Shown here one piece after another: positions 13,301-24,000 of a stretch of DNA of 64,000 nt. The translations under genes were made by a program, and so were the position numbers. The stretch's first letter is position 1, and every line of letters begins with the position of its first letter. The DNA is from Geosiphon pyriformis uo1 (Eukaryota; Fungi; Glomeromycota), in assembly GCA_016748015.1 (NCBI GenBank), contig JAAOMT010000661.1, forward strand, positions 124,001 to 188,000. Reading direction: 5' to 3'. Below the pieces are notes generated by a model. That model saw nothing but the letters and a program-made list of their open reading frames with translations, had not been told where the DNA came from and ran no database searches.

Positions 13301-15131
13301 ATGTCAACCCAAACCATTAATGGCACTTTTCAGTTTTCGTATCCACCTATTCTCATAGTTGGCCAAACGGGCAAGTAGGAAGTGATACATTGCATATGAA
13401 GAAATTTTAGGAAATTAACACCTTTTAATTAAGGCGTTGGAAAAAGTACTTTGGGAAACTTACTTCTTGGCCTTGACCCAAGTAATGGATATTTTTTAAC
13501 GGGTGATTCTGGGGTATGGAAAATGTATGTGCATTTCGATAATCTTCGCGGCTTAATCAGCTTTCAAGCTTCCATTTTAACAGGATTCAGTAACCACAGC
13601 TTGTCAAACTGCCTGCCTGAAAATTGATGAACAAAATTTTACGCTAATCGATACCCCAGGTCTCTTTGAAATCGGAATGAGCAACGCCGAAAATTGGCGG
13701 AAAATTACGAATAGCCTCAATCATTGTGCCTATGGAGTAAAGGCAATTCTTTTTGTCATGCGTATGTCTCCTAATAGCAAGTTTTTCCTTTTATATGAAA
13801 TAGAGAAAAAAAATTCGATTTTTTAAATATCCTTGAAAACAGGTGCAGGAAGATATTCCATTATCCAAGATTTCATTATTGAGGGAATTATTAATAATTT
13901 TGGGCTTTATTGTTTGGATCATGTAATCATTGTCTTCTCCAATTGCACTCGACTTCAAACCGAGGACCGGCAGAAATTTTTCGCGGGACTCAATGAACGT
14001 CAAAAACGTTTAATCAAAAAAGTTGATAACCGATATTCAATTTTCCCAAATCCTGATATTTACTGGCCAGACAAATACGAGATCATTGAAGAAAATATCA
14101 GGATCCTTAAAAATTTTATTTTAGCCATTCGAGGTCATTATAATCATAGAATTTCCCGGATAATTCGACAAGCGTGTACTACCCAAAATGAAACGCAAAC
14201 TATCGAGGTTCAACAGGCAATTTATACATATGAAGACAACTTAAAAATTATGACACCTGATGAAGCATGGTCTCATTTACAGAATGATATGAAGCGAATC
14301 TTTCAAAATTCTACAAAAGAGAATTTTCCGGAAAGTCCAGATGGCAACGATAATTCAAAAGCTATTCCCGAGGTCTTTCTCCCGGACAGCGACAAATCTG
14401 GCTGTTTTTCCCTTTCGACACAAGTCATTCTTGAGAATGGGAAAGCCATAAATATGGAAAAGCTTAGAGTTGGAGATAAAATTTTATCTCAAAGTATGGA
14501 TGGAAAATTGGAGTTTTCTGAGGTCTATGTCATCCCTCACGCCGATTATGATACTCCAACTGAATTTTTGGAAATTAAATTTCTTCTGCCGCAATTGAAG
14601 GGCAAGTTTCACGAAACTATATAATGATTTAAAAAAGGAACTTTTCAGATACTAAATTTTGATTTTTCCACAGGTATACGGCGACTTCTGGTAACTTCTG
14701 ACCATCATATTTTGGTTGATGGTGATAAGTTTCGATATGCGAACGAAATCAATCCAATGAAAACAACTCTTTTGGCTTTAATGGATGATGAATTGGACCG
14801 AGTTCGAGTGCTCAGCCTTAAAAAGGTTAAAAAGCCTTTTTTAGTCATGTTTTATTTTCAAATTAACTTATTTGAATATATTTAGGTTATCCGTAATGGC
14901 TATATTTCCGTTTTTACTCGTTGTGGTACTATAATTGCTGATGGAATCGTGTGCTCTTGCTACAGTTACTGCTATCCGTATCAAAACATGATTCATCTTT
15001 TAATCGAACCTCTTCGATTATATTCAAAGCTCTTTAATTTGAGTGCTTCAAAGGGCTCTCCCCATATCTATCTCAAGGGGCTAAAACTAATTTATGACGG
15101 ATCAGTAAAATTCTTGAAAACAATTAGTTGA
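13301..15131 (+). CDS. GIN1: AIG1/GIMAP-type NTPase fused to a Hedgehog-type Hog (Hint + sterol-recognition) autoprocessing domain; GmGIN1-like, 494 aa, 6 exons
   Basis: Exons 13301-13370, 13434-13513, 13584-13761, 13843-14601, 14674-14825 and 14886-15131 total 1485 nt with no internal stop. G1 is GQTGVGKST, G2 SVT, G3 IDTPGL. The cleavage junction is KSG|CF (Cys codon at 14403), block B is TSDH, the Hint end is GTIIADGIVCSCY, and the tail has HLLIEPLRL...HIY. The symbol is assigned by architecture; orthology was not tested. Confidence 0.9.
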
Positions 15132-15503
15132 GCTAGTATATCAACTTCCAAAAGTTGAAATTGAAGGCGTAACGCTTTTAGCCTTGAGATTTTTATTACC
15201 GAATACGGGTTTAAGCTAAATTTTCGCATTTTTCAATGCTCCGATGAAGGAGAGTTTCTATTAACCTAATATGCACTTTTCACCGAGTTGACCCTCTATA
15301 TTAGCTTGTTATTTCAATTTGTAATAATATACAGTCAAACCTGAGATAACCCATACGCTTGGTGGATACAAATTGCTATGGGTTATTAAAGGTTATGGGT
15401 TTTCTCAGGTTTAAGTATATATAGTATACATATAATAAAAATAAATATAATATTATTAAAAAATAAATTTATTTGCATATTCTTATAAGAATCTTTAATT
15501 AGA

Positions 15504-17147
15504 TTATGCAATATTAAAGAAACTTGTAAGATTTGTTTGTTTTTGTACATCTTGCATTCTCTTATGAAGTATACGTTTAACATGAGCAAGCTTACTAACT
15601 GCATCATAAAATTCCATGCTATTTTCAAGCTCCATAAACTGTTCAAGATTTGTAATAGCAGTTAGTGCATCCTTAATACTCATTACTTTCTGTACTTCTT
15701 GTTCTTCATCAGAGCTATCATGCTTTGTTTCACGATTTGTTATAATATAATTTGCAATCTCATCATCATCCAGATGTTCCAAAGTAATTGTATCATTTTC
15801 TTCAGATAGATTTACCAACCCTTCAATTGATAAGTATGTACGATTTGGCTGTATGCAATTGAACTCTTTGTAGCAATCCTTAATTTTTTCTAATACTATC
15901 TCTTGATTATAATTAGCTATTATTTCCAAGTTTGTAGCTTCATTCTGAAAGTTGTCATTTGTATTGATTGGAAGAATGCCAACTTTGTGCCAGCAATAAG
16001 CGATTGTTTGATTTGAAACATTCTCCCATGCCCTATAAATTAGACGCATTGCTTGAAGTTGGTTAATTGCATAAATATCATCTGCACCATCATCAAAAAG
16101 ATCTAATACATGGCGAAGAAAATAGCGACAGTAATGTGCCTTAAAACAATGAATAATTCCAGCATCCATAGGCTGAATATGTGCTGTTAAGTTAGGTGCA
16201 AACCGTTCTACATGAATATTTGTAATAGATCTCATATCATAGTTGTGACCAGCAAAATTGTCTACTAACAACAATATTTTTCGGTTTTTTTTATGCAGCT
16301 GATAGTCCCAATCAACAAGCCATTGTCAAAAAATATCACCAGTCATCCAAGCACGAGTGTTTGAATAATATTGGAAACCAAGTTGCTCTCCTGTTTTTTT
16401 TTGAAAACAGTGTGGACGTTTAGCATGACCAATAATAAGTGGTGGCAAATGCTCGGTTCCATTAGCATTGGTTGTAAAGGCAAGTGTCAGTCGCACTTTT
16501 GATTGTTTGGTGCTATGACGTGGTATTGTAGCAAGACCTTGATTTGGTGATATGGCATAAAATAGTGCAGTTTCATCCATGTTGAAAATATCGTATAACT
16601 TCCAATCAGCAAGAAGTGTTATTACACGCACTCACTCATCTTCAATATGCTCAACATTGGCTGATGATCCATCACCATGAAAGCGAAGTGAACGCAATCC
16701 AACATGGTCTTTAAAGCTCTCAAGCCAGCCATTGGATAGTTTTTGGCACTCATTTTCTGGAATATCCAATTGATCATAGAACTTTATGCCAGCAGCTCGA
16801 ATTACATCTCCAGTAAGTGTCATTCCACGCGATTCTGCCTCTTGAACAAAAATAACAAGTGCTTTATCAAAGTCAGGATTACATACTGTGCGTATACACT
16901 TGCTAGTCAAGTCATGCATTGTATTTGCTCGTGCATGAAGATTTGGTTCATCTTTGACCCAAGCCGAAACTAGAGGCTGTTTCATGTATAGAAAACCGTT
17001 TTCCTTAAAGTGCCTTGCAGTTTTTGATTGGTTTTTATCATTTGCATAATACCAATCAAGCACCATAAGCTTATCATGAAGTGTAGCATTCTCACGACTT
17101 TGCAGAACGCAAGCTGAAGAGATAGCATGCTTTTTGCTATTAGGCAT
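15504..17147 (-). pseudogene. pogo/Tigger transposase, one reading frame of 547 codons broken by two TGA stops
   Basis: The three track ORFs are in one frame, with stops at 16632-34 and 16326-28. Motifs: CENP-B HTH LSNGWLESFK and the triad FNMDET / LLVDNFAGH / QPMDAGII (DD31D). Confidence 0.92.
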
Positions 17148-17202
17148 GGTGGAATCAAAAGGCAAAGGAAAAGTACGATTAGGATGAGGCTGATCCAAAA
17201 AT

Positions 17203-17455
17203 CCGACTTGATTACTCACACAATTGATAATAATTTAAAACTTGGAACAATTCGAAACTCTGATTTGATTACTCACACAATCAATAATAATTTAGAACTT
17301 GGGACAATTCGGAACTCCGACTTGATTACTCACAAGGTTTGTAATAATTTAAAACTTGGGACAATTCGAAACTCCAACTTGATTACTCATACAATCGATA
17401 ATAATTTAGAACTTGGGACAATTCGAAACTCCGACTTGATTACTTACACGATTAA
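17203..17455. repeat. 57-bp tandem repeat, ~4.4 copies, inside the pogo element upstream of the transposase
   Basis: Unit CCGACTTGATTACTCACACAAT...CTTGGGACAATTCGAAACT recurs at 17203, 17260, 17317, 17374 and 17431. Confidence 0.93.
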
Positions 17456-18104
17456 TGATCATTCTGTTGAATAAGTGATGTTACATTATCATATAGCATT
17501 TTTAGTCATGGAAATATTGGTTTGCTTTACTGCAATTTTACCAGAATTAGCAGAATTTAAACTAAATCTAGCACCTGAGATAACCCATACTGACAGTAAA
17601 AAGTTATGGGTTATAAACATAAGAATTCTTTAACTACCAAATTGGTAGATTCAAAATGCTATCACAGGTTATGGGTTATCTCAGTATGGGTTATTTCAGG
17701 TTTGACTGTATTAACAAAAAATAACTTTTGTTTATTAAAATAATTAACATGCTAAAATTTTTTGTTAATTAAACCTTAAATTGTTTAAAAAGTTTCATGT
17801 TGTATAAAATTTATTTAAAATATTTAAAATATTAAAATTTTGTTAATTTGATTATTAATTCAATTATTGTTTTTTAGGAAAAATAAATAGTATTTTATTA
17901 CAACCAACTGTTATCTCATTAAAAAAAATTATTTAAAATTTAATATATACATATTAACACAAATTATTCTTTAGCTTAATTTTTTATATACTTAATCAAA
18001 TTAACAAAAATTATTAACTTGATTAATTAATTTTTTAATTATACAATTAATATTTTTCAAGACTGCTATTTTATTTCTAATTTTTTATTTTGAAAAATAA
18101 TTAT

Positions 18105-20238
18105 CATATGGTGTAAGACATTTGAAGTCATTAAAAAATTGTACTTAATTTCTAGTCTTCCAAAATTTTAAATAATTTAAATTGCATCTGATAAAATGAT
18201 AAATTCGGTTAACTCGATTTCAGAAAGATCAGCAAGCATTCTGACCAATTAAGTCACAGTAACACATGATCAATTCTTCGAAAATTCGGTTTGAAAAAAT
18301 CTCACAATGTTCTGGATATAAAAATATTAAGGAATAATAAAGAGAAAGATTAGGGATAATGAAAAGGGAAATAGTTAAAAGAAAAATGACGAGAAAGGAA
18401 ATAGTGAAAAAAATATTGGAAAAATGGAAAGAAAGATAATTGGAAGAATGAAAAGAAGGAATATTGAAGCAATAATAAGGAAACATATTGGAAAAGTGGC
18501 AAGAAAAGAGATTGGAGCAATAATAATAATAATAGTTGAAATAATAAAATTAATTTAGAAAAGAAAACTAAAATTTAAAAACTAATAGCAACTAAATTGG
18601 ATTTAGCATAGAATAAAAATTCAACATTTGAATAAGAAAAATGTGGTTTTTATTTTACAGACAAAACCAAAAAATTAACTATTATGAAAAATATTATTGA
18701 AACAGATTTTGGACAAAAGCTGCCAATAATACTGCCAAGATTACACAATATTTTGTTGTAAGGAATATTGAATCTTTTTTACATGAATCTAATACTTATT
18801 TTAGTGTCAACCAAAATAAACAAAAATTCAACTATTATCCAATAAATTTAGAATCAATGCAAAAAAATATTAACAAAAAATAACCAAATTTTTAAATATT
18901 TTTAGCAATTAGATGAATATAGTTATGACAGAATGAATATTAGTTTAAAAGTTGCAACAATAGTATTTATTAATGATAGAATTTGGCATACACAACAAAT
19001 TAGATATTTAGCAAATTATTAGATAGTTAATAATATATTGCCAATATTACATTAAGAAAAAACAAAAAACAAATAAATTAACTAATGATAAAGATGTGGC
19101 TTTACATTGCAAAAAATGGTTAAAAACACAAAATTTTACTGTTACTTTAGCAAAATTCAAAAAATACAATAATTAATAAATATAAAAGTTGCAAAAAAAA
19201 TTGATTACAATTAGAACTGTTTTATATTGGCTTAATATATTGGGTTATAAATTTCAATAACACTATTAAAGAATTTTTATAATGGCTATAAAAGAAACAT
19301 ATATTAGTAATACATGATAAATGTATATTTTATTCTAATAATAACCAAAAAGAAAAATAAAGAATTGTCATTATACAAAAAAGAAAAGAAAAAATTAATT
19401 ATGGTTAATAAATTTCTTACAGAGGTAAAAAAATATTAAACTGCTGAATATTTAATAAACAATTAGAAAAAAAAGCAATTACAATTTTTAAAGTATTTTA
19501 TCCAAATTATATAGGCATTTTGCTTTTGATAACAGTTCAAATCATGCAGCATACCAAAAAAATGCTCTAATACAACAGTAAACCTGGTAGAAAACAACCA
19601 AAAATTCATGATACATATTTTAGACCAAATAATTAATGATATTTCTATCAAATTATTCTAATAAAAATTTAAGAAAAAAACCTAAAGGATGCATCAAATT
19701 TTATTAGAAAAACTTTTGGTCAAATACAAAAAATACAAAAAAAATTACAATCACAATTATACTTTTTGTTGTGTATGCTGAGTGATTTCTTTGGAACCAG
19801 ATTTCTTAGCACAAAAAAGTGCAATTACAGAAGTAATTGAAAAAACAAAACATAATGTATTTTTATCCTAAATTTAATTGTGAACTGAATTTTATTGAGA
19901 TATTGAAAAACAGCCAAATGTCATGTCAAAGAAAACTGTGATTATTTATGAACAGAATTACAACAAATTGTACCTTAAAGTTTCGAATCTATGTATTTAA
20001 TTACAATTCGAAGATTTACTAGAAAAACTTGGTATTATATAAATCTTTATAGAAAAAGAATTTGTGGTTGAATAAATATAGAATTTTATTTTAATTAATA
20101 AAATCGTTTTTATATAACTGAATTAAATAATAATATACAATTATCATTTTATCAGATCCCAATTTAAATTATTTAAAATTTTGGAAGATTAGATACATTT
20201 AGAATTTCTTGATGACTTCAAATGTCTTGCACCATATG
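18105..20238 (+). mobile_element. Heavily decayed DDE (IS630/Tc1-mariner-like) DNA transposon with ~97-bp TIRs
   Basis: 18105-18202 (CATATGGTGTAAGACATTTGAAGTCA...ATCTGATAAAATGATAA) is the inverted match of 20141-20238. Internal relics read RTVLYWLNILGYKF, FAFDNSSNHA, ISLEPDFLAQKS and FYPKFNCELNFIE. Confidence 0.88.
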
Positions 20239-21035
20239 AGTTACAATTATGCAGAAATTAACTTTATAAATAATTAAGTAGCTACTTTTATTATAAGTTT
20301 TTGGTTGTAGTATGAAATTCTTAACATTTAAAAAACAATATCTTTAACAATTTTTTACTTTCTTTGACTTGACAAAATTTTCATTTTTTAACCAAAAATA
20401 GAGCATTGTATTTTTGATTTTGTATGCAATAAATGAAATAATTATTTTAGTAATTGGGTTAAGTTGTTCAATCATAATAAAATTATCAAAATAATTATTT
20501 TCTTATTTTGGATTAAAGGTCAATAGAATAAATAATGACAAATTCTAAATATTTAGATTTATTTTGTTAATCTGAAGGTTATTACTTCTCTAGTTTACCC
20601 ATCTTCAGCTTAACGGGAGCCATCATGTACTTGAGCACCTTCTGACTTAGAATTTTGTCCGAAATATCGTTTCTGCTGTCAGTTGTTGGAATCATTTTTT
20701 AGTTATTAACCTAAAATACCTTTAAGTAAGAGTAATATCTTTATTGATTGTAAAAATTCGCAAACATTGATATAAACGAAAATAAATTATATTCTTAAAA
20801 TTTTTCATAGAAATTATTGCAAATTTAATTTATCATCCGAATTGATCATAAAACATAATCTTGAGAGCTTTAAAGAAATTGTAAAATTTAAGGGGCTTTA
20901 TAATCTAAAAATTTACGCTATTAATTTAAAAACTTTGTGGTTGAAAGTCTTGTACGCGTAGGCGCAAATAATTAAGGGTGTATCGTGACATATCATATAT
21001 ATTAGAATTTAAAAACTTTGCATGATTTTGGATAA

Positions 21036-24000
21036 TCAAGTGGTTTGATTATCTCCAAGCCATTGCAACAGCTTTTCTTTGAGCTGTAAAAGTTTAAGCG
21101 GTTTCGTTAAATAATCATTCATTCCACTCTCCAGGCATTTATCCCGAGTGCCTTGAACTGCGGAAGCAGTCAATGCGATGATGGGTATTTCAGATTTAGG
21201 TGGCCCCAAAGCACGAATTGCCTTCGACGCATCGAAACCGGACATAACTGGCTATAATATACATTTAAAATGCTCATTAGAAAATTGCAAAGTTGGGAGG
21301 GTTGGAATAAAAAAAGTAGCAATTACCATTGCACAATCCATTAGAATCAACGAAACTCTATCGGATCCAATGGAAGAGTCAAGATCGCCTTGCATAAGGT
21401 TTACGGCCTCTTGGCCGTTAGTAGCCGATAAACATTGGTACCCAAGTTTAGAAAGCTGATGTTGAATAACCTAGATAAATAAAAAAACAAAATATGAACA
21501 TTATCAAACATATGATGGATGAAAGTTCTTGTGACATAAATATTTTTTATAAAATAGGAACTTGGAGCACTGACCTTCAAATTAATAGGGTTATCTTCCT
21601 GCATGTCAAATTTGAGTTAAATAGTGAATTTTAAGATTCTTGGTCAAAAATAATTAAAGGACAAAATACGTACAACACATAATATACATCTTGATTGTGA
21701 GACAGCACGAGTTCGAGATTTATGATGTGTTTCAGGCTGGTCCGAGTCTTGAGCCTCACAAGAAGCCGACCTCTTACTTGGTGGCCTCTGGGATACATCC
21801 TTCAATGCTTTTGTTGGAGATTGTTGATCAGATGAGGCATTAGTTGATGAGGTGAGAAGTGTCTCACGAATCATATCCACGTCAATTTCAGAATTATTTT
21901 TCGCCTCCTTTAGCTCGGTAGTCGTATTTTTGGTCATCGTAGATTCTTGACTACTGCTTGAAGGAGTTGGTCGGTTGTGTTGTTCATAATCGTCAATTCG
22001 GAATCGATTAATAGAAAATCCGACGTTTGACTTGAGTTCAGCCACCTCAGTGGAATTGAATATTTCATTATTATGCAAACACTCCAACAATCTTCTCTGC
22101 ATGATAGGTTTGCAAATTGCAGCCGCATTTCCTCCAATCTTTCGGATTAGTTCTTTACCAAGAGCACGACCACACACGGACCAAAATACTAATAATCCAA
22201 TTGTCAGATTATTCTTTCCACAAATAGAAATGAATTCTTTGGCAGATTCCAAAACTTGCTCGGCATTCTTTTCAGTCACATTAAAAAAAACCATATCACA
22301 TGGCGATTTATGGTATTGCTGATGCCAAGCTTTTGCTGCCATAATTGCTTTGGAACAATCACTAAATGCCTCTACTTTTTGAACGCTAGGGCTTAACATT
22401 GCCGACATAGCAGATCGAGCAGTTTCAACTGGGTCTATTATGATTACACGTTTCGATTTAACTATGGCAGGTACAGCAAATAATGCTTCACCAGTTGCTA
22501 ATTGAGAAGGTGATGTCAATGGAGTGGCCGAAAGGGTGAGGGGTTCTACGTTCCAGGTGAACCAGAATCGACTGCCTTTTCCTAATTCACTCTGTACCCC
22601 TAAATCACCTCCATTAATTGACACTAAATGTTTACAAATTGAGAGACCTAAGCCAGTTCCATCCTGTCGCCTAGTCATTGAAGGGTCACCTTGTGAAAAA
22701 CTTTCCCAGATATCTTTCATGAAAGCTGGATCAATTCTAATAAAGAATTGAAAATAAAATTATGTTTCAAATATTTCATAATTGATAGGTTTGAACTAAA
22801 TCCCAGTGTCCTACCCAATTCCAGTGTCAGTCAATTCGACAAGAAGAGTGCCAGTTTTGACGATATTTGGTTCTGTATCAGCTCCTGTTTCTTTAACTTG
22901 TACATCGGATGAAGCTAAAGAAATTTTAAGCACGATTTCACCAGACTCGGTGAATTTCACACTGTCAAATGAGAAGTTATTTTAACAATTTCGATATGTA
23001 AAATAAAAACTATTGGCTGGGTTTGAGAATACTTACGAATTCGATAATAGATTCATGAGAATTTGTTGTAATCTATAGGTTTGTTTTCGTAATGGTCAGC
23101 ATTTAGGACTCAACTTCTCAAACTTAAATATCAAAAGAAAAAATTTAGATGGCAAGACTTCGTACCTTTCAGGATCAGACTTTACATATTTTGGCAGTTC
23201 AGTTGGTGCAAAAAGCAACACCAGTTCAATTTGCTTGGTGCCAGCCCGTTCGCCGAAAATTTCAATAGTTTTTTCCACGAGATCAAATAAATCAAAGGTT
23301 CGATTCATCAGCGTGATTTTTTGTGCTTCAAGTTTCGCGGCGTCCAAAATATCGTTTACAACGGAAAGAACCACATCAGAAGCACGTGTCATTATTTCAA
23401 CCATATCCCTTTGATCCGAGGAAAGAGGGGTATCTTCAAAAGCTGATAGTACACCAATTATTGCTCCTAAGGGTGTACGTAATTCTGATTTGAAGTTGAG
23501 AATTATGAGTAAATGCTTTCGATGTTAAAGGTTTGCTTGAAAATTGAAACGCAAGACTTCAAAGATACCATGGGAGGTATTGGCCAGAATTTGGCTTTTA
23601 GCCTCATTTGCCGCCTTGGCCGCTTCCATTTGCGCTTCACGTTTTAGTTTTTCTTCGGAAAGTTTGGAATGGGTGATAGCTAAGCTGATTTGATTGGAAA
23701 TCTGTTGCAAAAAAATCTTTTCTGCGTTGGACCAATTCTCATTGGGCTTTCGATGAGCAACAATCCAGCCCCAGAAAGAAGAATTCAGGCGAATAGCAAC
23801 TGACATTGAAGATACATGCTGATTAAGAATTTGGGAAAAATAATTTTTGTGACTTTCGATTTCCAAATCAAGAATATCATTATCGGTGTCTCCTATGTTT
23901 AAAAATGAGGGTAACTCATTGTTTACAGGTGCTGTTTGTTCCTGTAAGGCTCCGGTGAAAGATGCTAAAAATGATGAAAGCGGATAAGCTGGTGAATTGA

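Larger units (their letters stand above)
15332..17708 (-). mobile_element. pogo/Tigger (CENP-B-like, DDE_1) DNA transposon, full length
   Basis: 25-bp TIRs CAGTCAAACCTGAGATAACCCATAC (1 mismatch at the right end) flanked by TA at 15330-31 and 17709-10, with subterminal TATGGGTTAT copies and a transposase inside. Confidence 0.95.

Noticed and set aside
14403-14970. Intein (protein-splicing element)
   Set aside because: It ends in SCY plus a sterol-recognition-like tail, with no His-Asn/nucleophile junction, no C-extein and no endonuclease. It is Hog-type.
13301-15131. True hedgehog gene, or a wholly new architecture
   Set aside because: There is no Hedge signalling domain or signal peptide, and the NTPase-Hog fusion is already described as GmGIN1.
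16326-16634. TGA recoding or alternative genetic code
   Set aside because: TGA ends ordinary genes here (e.g. 15129-15131), and CGA to TGA decay is a simpler explanation.
17127-17474. 115-aa repeat-protein ORF
   Set aside because: It is open only because of the 57-bp repeat and lies antisense to the transposase.
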